Below are positions 26,071-32,000 of a stretch of DNA of 32,000 nt, piece after piece. The stretch is from NCBI RefSeq assembly GCF_000007225.1, contig NC_003364.1, positions 270,001-302,000 on the forward strand. The letters run 5' to 3'. Position 1 is the stretch's first letter. Every line of letters begins with the position of its first letter. A program made the position numbers and the translations under genes. A model generated the notes under the pieces. That model did not search any database, was not told the origin of the DNA, and saw only the letters and a program-made list of their open reading frames with translations. This stretch comes from Pyrobaculum aerophilum str. IM2. Lineage in GTDB: Archaea > Thermoproteota > Thermoprotei > Thermoproteales > Thermoproteaceae.

Positions 26071-26583
26071 TCAGTACCTGTACACCTCCACCCCCCTCCC
26101 CTTTGCGTATTTCTCCACGTCGTCTCCTATTCTCACGCCGGCGAGTATTGCAGTTGCCGGCTTGGCGTAGGCCTTCGCTATAGCCTCTGCCTTTTTCACA
26201 AGGGCGTCTATATCTCTCCTCCTCGGCTTTACCTTTATCTCCACCACGTAGACCCTGCTCTCCCCCTCAACGAGCAGGTCCACGTCAAAGCCGTCTACTC
26301 GGGCATTGCGAAGACGTCGCAAAACCCCCTCGCCCCTAGCCGCGAGCTCAGCCCTCAAATCCTCCCACACATAACGGGAGAGAGTGGCCTCAGTAAGAGC
26401 GCCGAGGCCTTCCTCAAGATTCGATACCCTTTTCCCCAGCTGGGCAAACCCCGCCTTGGTATAATCAGCAAGGGCCTTCAGAGCCTCTGCCACAGCCCTC
26501 AACTCCTCAGAGCGGGCCTCAGCCAAAGCCCTCTTCACGGCCCTCTCAACGACCTCCTCCAAGGTCTTGAGATCTACGTCCAT
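26071..26583 (-). CDS. Coiled-coil (DUF3782-like) plus PD-(D/E)xK nuclease-fold protein
   Basis: 170 aa. The N-terminal helical LEEVVERAVKRALAEARSEELRAVAEALKALADY is followed by VDGFDVDLLVEGESRVYVVEIKVK (D...ExK), then a Rossmann-like tail. A paralog lies at 27210-27857. Confidence 0.85.
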   Translation of the reverse strand: MDVDLKTLEEVVERAVKRALAEARSEELRAVAEALKALADYTKAGFAQLGKRVSNLEEGLGALTEATLSRYVWEDLRAELAARGEGVLRRLRNARVDGFDVDLLVEGESRVYVVEIKVKPRRRDIDALVKKAEAIAKAYAKPATAILAGVRIGDDVEKYAKGRGVEVYRY

Positions 26584-26600
26584 TGGAGTTATATTGCGTA

Positions 26601-26610
26601 GGTATATAAA
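26601..26610 (-). promoter_or_regulatory. TATA box
   Basis: The minus strand reads tttatatacc, centred about 23 nt upstream of ATG 26583. Confidence 0.45.
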
Positions 26611-27181
26611 TCCGTACGCGGCTTAGCTGTGTTGGGTGTGGCGGGCGCATAAACTGCTGGCGAGCAACGGCTCAAGAATATTCTGCCAGTGGACTCCCCT
26701 GGTATGACCCTTAGAACGGCGTTTTGATACCGTCATTATCCACACTGATTTATGCCGCCAGCGGGACGGCGTCGCTTTTGATTTTGCGGTGTGCCCCGAG
26801 TTGCGTCTTGTTTGTAATGGGCGCCGGGCGCTGATCTGTAGTACTTTAAGTGGTGCTTGACATCATGTGTTGAGGCTTCTCAGCTACAAGGCCCGCTCTG
26901 GCCGGGCGACGTTGATGTCTAGAACCTCAGCTGTGTCATCTCAAGGCCTAGCCCCAGCAAGCCTCTGCAGAATAACGCGCTGTGACTTTACCAACAAGCG
27001 CTGTGAGTTGGCTGTTTTGCATATGCACGCCGTGGGCGCTTTCGCTCTCCACTGCCCTGTCGGGAAGGCGATTTGGAACGGCGCACGCCGTGTAGTTAGT
27101 CTAGAAGTGGGCGCCAATCCCTAAGGCTCGTCAACGGGTCGCTTGGCAACACGCCGACAGAAGGTATTGTAGTTTAATGTC

Positions 27182-27193
27182 ATAAAATATTTA
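27182..27193 (+). promoter_or_regulatory. TATA box
   Basis: ataaaatattta is centred about 23 nt upstream of GTG 27210. Confidence 0.45.
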
Positions 27194-27209
27194 ACGCTAC
27201 AAATTTTCC

Positions 27210-27857
27210 GTGAGCTCAATAGACATCCGCCAGCTCGAGGAGATTGTGGCGAGGGCCGTAAAGAGGGCTTTGGCAGAGGCCCGTTCTGAGGAGATGAAGG
27301 CGGTGGCAGAGGCCTTAAAGGCTTTGGCTGAGTATGTAAAGACAGGTTTCCAAGTGGTAAATAAAGGCTCGACGCTCATGAAAAGGCGTTGGAGAGTCTT
27401 ACAAAAGAGGTCGCCGAGCTGAAGGTGACAGTCGCCGAGATAAAGGCGTCAGTTGCTGAGTTAAAAGTGGCTGTGGGCTCGCTGGGGAGGAGGTGGGGGC
27501 GGGATACTTGAGCTGACGGTGCTCGAGATTTATAAACATGCGCTTGAGGAGAGGGGGATTGAGCCCGGGAGGGTGGAGAAGTTTGTCTACATTGACGATG
27601 GCAGGTATTACCGGCCCGGCGCCAGGATAGAAGTGGACGTGTATATCCACGACGGCAAGACTTATCTCCTTGAGGTTAAGCCCCGCGCTGAGTTAGAAGA
27701 CGTAGAGTGGTTTTATGAAAAGGCGCAGATAGTCGAGAAAATCCTGGGAAGGAAGGCGGATAAGCTGATAATTGTCGCAGTTAATATTGACAGAGAGGAG
27801 TTGGAGAGGGCTGAAAAACTCGGCATAGATGCAATATATGGGGCTGTCATAGAATAG
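27210..27857 (+). pseudogene. Coiled-coil (DUF3782-like) plus PD-(D/E)xK nuclease gene, two frameshifts
   Basis: Three frames join into one protein: MSSIDIRQLEEIVARAVKRALAEARSEEMKAVAEALKALAEYVKTGFQVVNK, then RLDAHEKALESLTKEVAELKVTVAEIKASVAELKVAVGSLGRRWG, then GILELTVLEIYKHALEERGI...IEVDVYIHDGKTYLLEVKPR...GIDAIYG. The shifts fall in the A-rich run near 27357-27367 and the G-rich run near 27484-27503. Confidence 0.75.
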
Positions 27858-28456
27858 CGCTATTGGCGTAGCTCCTGCGGCTAGTACTTTTGACAGCTCC
27901 CGCGCAAACAAAGGCCTCTGTTTGGCCTTATCCGCCACGCCCTCTTAAAGGCCTCTCTGCACAGGGCCGCGTCTCTCCCAGCTCCAAATGTCTTTTGGGG
28001 GCAATCCGCCCAGAGCCAGCCACTTTAAGGCCCACAATTAGAACTGAACAGGGTTCTCCGCTAACGTCCAACGGCCTCTGCTTTCGACAGCCGAAAGACT
28101 GGGGACGCAACAATGCCATTAAGCGAGCACACAGAGTTGGGCATTTCGCTCTAATCCCCTCAAGATCGGCCCGTTGCATTGATTAGTGAATTCACAACGC
28201 CGGGACGATCAGTTCGGCTGTGCCCGCGCTGAGTTTTTAACAAAGCGCTTAGTTCCATGTGGCGAGGGCAATCCGCTGGTAGCGCGACGCAATATACTTT
28301 TCTAATCCCTGCGCCTCTTCGGTGGCGAAGGAGTTTCGGCGCCGAGCCTAGAATACCTAAAGCGTTTCTTAAAAGGGCCTTCTCCTTTGTCTCTCCAGCC
28401 TTTGCATCCTCACCCGCGTCTCTGCACATTGGGCTCTAAACTCTTCTAAACACGCC

Positions 28457-28470
28457 GTTTAAAATTTTTA
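28457..28470 (+). promoter_or_regulatory. TATA box
   Basis: gtttaaaattttta is centred about 28 nt upstream of ATG 28492. It overlaps the region just before ORF-track GTG 28474. Confidence 0.4.
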
Positions 28471-28491
28471 TGTGTGCGACACGCCGAGGAT

Positions 28492-28839
28492 ATGTGGCGC
28501 GCTGTTTTAGCCGTCATAGCGGGAATTGCGGCGCTTTTCGCCTTGCTTTATGGAATTAGCTTGGTCTCGCCTCCCAGTTTGAAAGCAGATTCTTTTAACA
28601 AGACGCTCGTCTTGGAGATAAACGCGGGCAGTGTACTGTATGCAAGCAAGCTGGAGGCGAGGTTGGTGAGGCTCGTGGGGAGTCGTGCTGAGTACGTCGT
28701 TGAGTGTCGCCTACATTCTATTTACGGCGGCTTTAAGTTCGCCCGTTATCTCTGTAACGCCAGCGCCGTTGAGCCCGGGATCTACTCTCTGGAGATTAAC
28801 TGGCCGTTGCGGGCGGAGGGCACTGTAATTATTAGGTAA
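28492..28839 (+). CDS. Small membrane-anchored protein, unknown function
   Basis: MWRAVLAVIAGIAALFALLYGISLV is a single N-terminal transmembrane or signal-anchor segment. It is followed by a beta-rich about 90-aa domain. The ORF track starts at 28474. Confidence 0.65.
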   Translation: MWRAVLAVIAGIAALFALLYGISLVSPPSLKADSFNKTLVLEINAGSVLYASKLEARLVRLVGSRAEYVVECRLHSIYGGFKFARYLCNASAVEPGIYSLEINWPLRAEGTVIIR

Positions 28840-28880
28840 ATATTTCGATATGGTTGTATTTATACCTATGCATATCTGCA

Positions 28881-30179
28881 GTGGTGGCTAATGAGCTATC
28901 ACGACAGTGGCTTAGGCGGCGGCTAGGCGTTTTTGACATATACGCTTTGGTGCATTCGGATATTCAAAGTACGTACTACTTCCTCGTAGGCTTTATCGCA
29001 TTGGCGGCCGGACAGTGGGGGTTTGTTGGCGCTTTATATGGCGTATTATTAATGGCGGCTATAGCCTTAACATATGGCGAAATGGGATCTCGGTTTCCTG
29101 AGACCGGCGGCTCTTACCTCTACGTAAAATATGCATTTGGTAGTAAAATCGCTTTCTTATCGGCTTGGATACTTGCCTTTGACCAAATTATTATGGTTGC
29201 CTATGGGACAATAGACGCCTCTAAAATACTTGCAAAATTATTCCCCGCGCTAGGCGCGTGGGAGGTGATCGTAGCAATAGCCCTCTCCACAGCGCTCTTC
29301 TTGCTTACCACTTTAGGGATTAGAGAATCTGCTAACTTGGCGAAATTTGTAGCTATTCTCGATATGGTTATAATTCCCTCTCTTATTCTACTCTCGCTCT
29401 TCTACTACCCGGCCACGCCGCCGTTTTTCAACTGGAGTAATGTCGAGGGAGTGAGCCTTCTCTTTGCCTTTTCTCTACTATCCCGTGGCTTTACTGGCAT
29501 TGACGCCATTGGGCAACTGGCTGGAGAGGCAAGAGAGCCGCTGGTACAAGTGCCTAGGGCGACGTTATTAGTAGTCGCCATGGGGACTTTTTACGGCATT
29601 GGCCTAATGGCGGCAGTCATGTCAGCGCTGACGCCAGAGGAAATCGGCGATCCAGCCGTAGCGCCTTTATATCTAGCTGAGAAAATTCATCCTTTATTTC
29701 TCTATCTTGTGGCATTTGATATTTTCACAGTTATGATGGTGGCTGCCCTCGCAGGCTATATATCTTTCTCACGAATGACGTATATACTGGCAGATGAGAA
29801 GTTGCTTCCCGCTTTTTTCCACAGATTGCACAAAAAGTTTAGAACACCGTACATTTCGCTTGCGATTACTTACGTAGTATCGCTTCTTTTAATATCAGCA
29901 GGAGGAGTAGAAACAATTCTCGCTATTTACGCCATAGGTTCATTAATAAACTATATAATGATTGCAATAGCTTTAGCCAAGGCGTCTAGAAGCGGAACTC
30001 TCCACAGCGCCTTTAAGACGCCACTAATTGCCGGAATTCCGCTGTCAGCTTGGATCGCTCTCGCCTTACTCCCTGTGGGCCTCGGCTTAACTCTGATAGA
30101 GAAATATCCCTATCTGTGGATGTGGATCCTGTGGATAGCTGCCGGCGCCCTCTTCTATTATATTAAGAGGCACGCCTAG
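28881..30179 (+). CDS. APC-superfamily amino acid/polyamine permease
   Basis: LTYGEMGSRFPETGGSYLYV is the APC signature region, and there are about 12 hydrophobic segments. LRRRLGVFDIYALV is the typical N-terminal start of helix 1. GTG 28881 is preferred over TTG 28854 because gtatttatacc (28856-28866) would otherwise lie inside the gene. Confidence 0.85.
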   Translation: MVANELSRQWLRRRLGVFDIYALVHSDIQSTYYFLVGFIALAAGQWGFVGALYGVLLMAAIALTYGEMGSRFPETGGSYLYVKYAFGSKIAFLSAWILAFDQIIMVAYGTIDASKILAKLFPALGAWEVIVAIALSTALFLLTTLGIRESANLAKFVAILDMVIIPSLILLSLFYYPATPPFFNWSNVEGVSLLFAFSLLSRGFTGIDAIGQLAGEAREPLVQVPRATLLVVAMGTFYGIGLMAAVMSALTPEEIGDPAVAPLYLAEKIHPLFLYLVAFDIFTVMMVAALAGYISFSRMTYILADEKLLPAFFHRLHKKFRTPYISLAITYVVSLLLISAGGVETILAIYAIGSLINYIMIAIALAKASRSGTLHSAFKTPLIAGIPLSAWIALALLPVGLGLTLIEKYPYLWMWILWIAAGALFYYIKRHA

Positions 30180-30832
30180 ATGATTTGTAATAGGGCTTTT
30201 CCGTTGTTGGAGAGGACTTTTGCCCCCTCGTCTATACTTTCGCAATGATGTTATAACTACCGTCTGTCTAGATCGCCTTAATCCAAACCCCTACGTCTGC
30301 TATTGAGGCTTTAATTTTTAAGTCGTGATGATAATCACGAGGTTGTTAATCACAGTCGCCTCTAGATAAGAATATCGAGTTTTAATTATGGGATATGAGA
30401 AAACGGAGAAAAGGGGGGATGTGACTGTTTAGTCGTTATCTGAGCATATTTTTGATCTTTGGCGTACCATCTCAATTGCCCCTGAGTTTCACTAAGGCGT
30501 ATAAGTGCTTTTCTCCAGTAAGTATCGCGCTTTTTTCTCCTTCATTGCCTTGTCACAATTAAAGCGGCCAGCACCAAGCGGTCGGGTATGGCTATCGCCA
30601 GCTGGCTACGTCTAGGCTAGCCGCCCGGGGGCTACGCCCTATTACGGTACGAGGGCTCCAGCTCCTATGGTATTGTTTGCTACAGGGCTGGGGCCTGCGA
30701 CGTGCGCGTTCCGGCTATTTATCGCGGGAGAAAGGCTCGTGGCGATAGACCAGGACGGCAACGCGACAATCGCCATGAGGGCTGAGAGGGACTACTTGCT
30801 ATACTGCCCGAGGTCGGTGCCAGCGGAGCAGG

Positions 30833-31762
30833 TTGGCAGTAACGGCGGCCTCGGGCACGTATTTAACCCCCCTCTTTTTCAATTTCTCCATGCCAACAGA
30901 TGCGCCCGTGGGTTGTGCCACAGTCCTTGACCGCGCGCTTCCCCCATTTGCAACGGGGACTGTGCTGGCTGGTCTCGGCTACTCAGCGGCGGCCGGGATC
31001 GCCCTCGCTGGCGGATGGCCGCTGGCCGTAGTGCTGGCGGCCGCGCCTACAGCGTACATCGCCAGGCGGGTGCAGAAACTGCGCACCCTCAGGAGGGTGG
31101 CAAAGGTTATAGACTGCGACGGGCGGCTGGCGAAGCCCCTTAGAGTTGTGCCAGGCTACGTGGCGTCTGCCTACACGCTGAGGGCGGGCGTGCCCCCGGC
31201 GGCCGTCCGGGGGCTGGAGTTCCGCCCCGCAGGCGGGGAGCTCGTAGCCCACTCCCTCACCTGGGAGCACGCCCGGGGCTACGAAGTGCTGGCGACCGTA
31301 CCGTCGGTCTACGCGTGGCTTCCCGCCTATCAGGTGCTGGATCCCTGCTGTGCCTACGTGGCCAGGTTGGGGCCGGAGCTCGTGCCGCAACGCGGCCCCG
31401 TACGGCTGAAGGCGGAGTCCCCAGACGGCGATTACGCCGAGGCGGCGGCCGAGGTGCGGGGTAGCTCCCTGTGCGCGCAGGTGCAGTTCGCCCCCGTCCG
31501 GGCGAGATCTGCGCGGGTGGATCTCTACGTCCGCGGCGCATACGCACTCACCGTGATCTCCACCAGCGGCGGGACTGCGGAGGCGTGCGTCGACGTGGCC
31601 GGCAGGCCGGGCATCTACGTCTTCCGCGAGCCGATTAGCTCCGCCCGCCCCTTCGGCCTCAACGACTACGGCGTGCTGGGCCTGGGCGCCGCGGGCTACG
31701 CAGTGCGGCTGGTCATAGACATGCCCCGGCGCCGCGACTACTACACTGAGGCGGAGATCTAG
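30833..31762 (+). CDS. Hypothetical membrane protein in a GC-rich block (probably the 3-prime part of a frameshifted gene starting at 30667)
   Basis: 309-aa ORF with strongly G/C-ending codons in this frame. It has two hydrophobic helices (GTVLAGLGYSAAAGIALAGGWPLAVVLAAAPTAYI) followed by a Y/V/A-rich domain. The antisense ORF is G/R/H/P-rich and looks like a shadow. Confidence 0.55.
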   Translation: MAVTAASGTYLTPLFFNFSMPTDAPVGCATVLDRALPPFATGTVLAGLGYSAAAGIALAGGWPLAVVLAAAPTAYIARRVQKLRTLRRVAKVIDCDGRLAKPLRVVPGYVASAYTLRAGVPPAAVRGLEFRPAGGELVAHSLTWEHARGYEVLATVPSVYAWLPAYQVLDPCCAYVARLGPELVPQRGPVRLKAESPDGDYAEAAAEVRGSSLCAQVQFAPVRARSARVDLYVRGAYALTVISTSGGTAEACVDVAGRPGIYVFREPISSARPFGLNDYGVLGLGAAGYAVRLVIDMPRRRDYYTEAEI

Positions 31763-32000
31763 CGCCCCCTGGATCTCAGTATCCTGACCCACTCGTTTTC
31801 TACGCCCGTAGGCTGGGGCGTCTGTTGCTGTTGCTGAACGCCGGGCGCCACCTGCGCTCGCAACGCCCTGTACGTCTTCCTCGCCCTCCTCGTCACCTTG
31901 CCCTGGATCAGCCCAGTGGCCCAGAGAGCCTCCACAAGTATCCCAGCGCTTGTCGCACAGGTGCGCCCAGAAGGCGTAGACTGGATCATACGTTGAGAGT

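Noticed and set aside
30320-30375. C/D-box sRNA candidate (GTGATGA followed by guide-like sequence)
   Set aside because: A C-box-like GTGATGA is present, but there is no CUGA D or D-prime box at about 12-nt spacing and no C-prime box. The local hairpin GTGAT…ATCAC explains the pattern. Similar weak candidates at about 5549-5600 and 30415-30490 fail the same spacing test.
31759-31989. 76-aa minus-strand ORF at the window edge (…LWATGLIQGKVTRRARKTYRAL…QQQQQ…)
   Set aside because: I cannot decide between three open frames in this GC-rich end segment. There is no motif, no promoter inside the window and the context is truncated, so it is left uncalled.
30983-32000. Long minus-strand open frame (269-aa ORF-track entry, actually open to the window edge)
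   Set aside because: The translation is Gly/Arg/His/Pro-rich. It lies antisense to a plus-strand frame with strong G/C third-position bias and a protein-like composition, so it is interpreted as a shadow ORF typical of GC-rich DNA.
1-32000. tRNA, rRNA, integrase, transposase or IS elements flanking the AT-rich and GC-rich blocks
   Set aside because: Reading both strands revealed no tRNA-like acceptor or T-arm pattern, no rRNA-like segment, and no integrase or transposase motifs. Mobility of the compositional islands therefore cannot be supported from this window.

Overview
This looks like a crenarchaeal accessory region, probably Thermoproteales (Pyrobaculum or Thermoproteus-like). That placement is an inference from a PaREP1-type protein, several archaeal-ATPase (Arch_ATPase-like) paralogs, and TATA boxes about 20-30 nt upstream of most start codons, which implies leaderless mRNAs. 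All homology calls come from reading the translations and recalling motifs; no searches were run.

Layout:
- 1-16 kb is a decayed, defence-island-like patchwork. It holds a GT2 pseudogene, an AbrB-type antitoxin next to a broken PIN toxin, and two retropepsin-like genes (one degenerate).
- The same stretch has two paralogous coiled-coil proteins built from RIDETNK-type repeats, a Panacea/DUF4065-like fragment, a SixA-like phosphatase and a PaREP1-like gene.
- It also has one intact and two decayed Arch_ATPase copies, a solitary CRISPR-repeat-like sequence, and a tightly overlapping three-gene operon at 6685-9388 on the minus strand.
- 16.5-25.9 kb is a glycan biosynthesis cluster: a Wzx-like flippase, seven glycosyltransferase-like genes and a UDP-galactopyranose-mutase-like flavoprotein. 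Most of it is conspicuously AT-rich compared with its flanks.
- 26-28 kb holds a divergent pair of coiled-coil plus PD-(D/E)xK nuclease paralogs, one of them frameshifted twice at homopolymer runs.
- 28.5-30.2 kb holds a small membrane protein and an APC-family permease.
- From about 30.6 kb to the window end there is a markedly GC-rich block with a frameshifted membrane-protein gene.

No rRNA, tRNA, CRISPR array, integrase or transposase was recognised.

The best candidate for an undescribed system is the 6685-9388 operon. It encodes a possible RNase H-like-fold protein, a divergent P-loop ATPase and a winged-helix/helical protein. Its function is conjecture.
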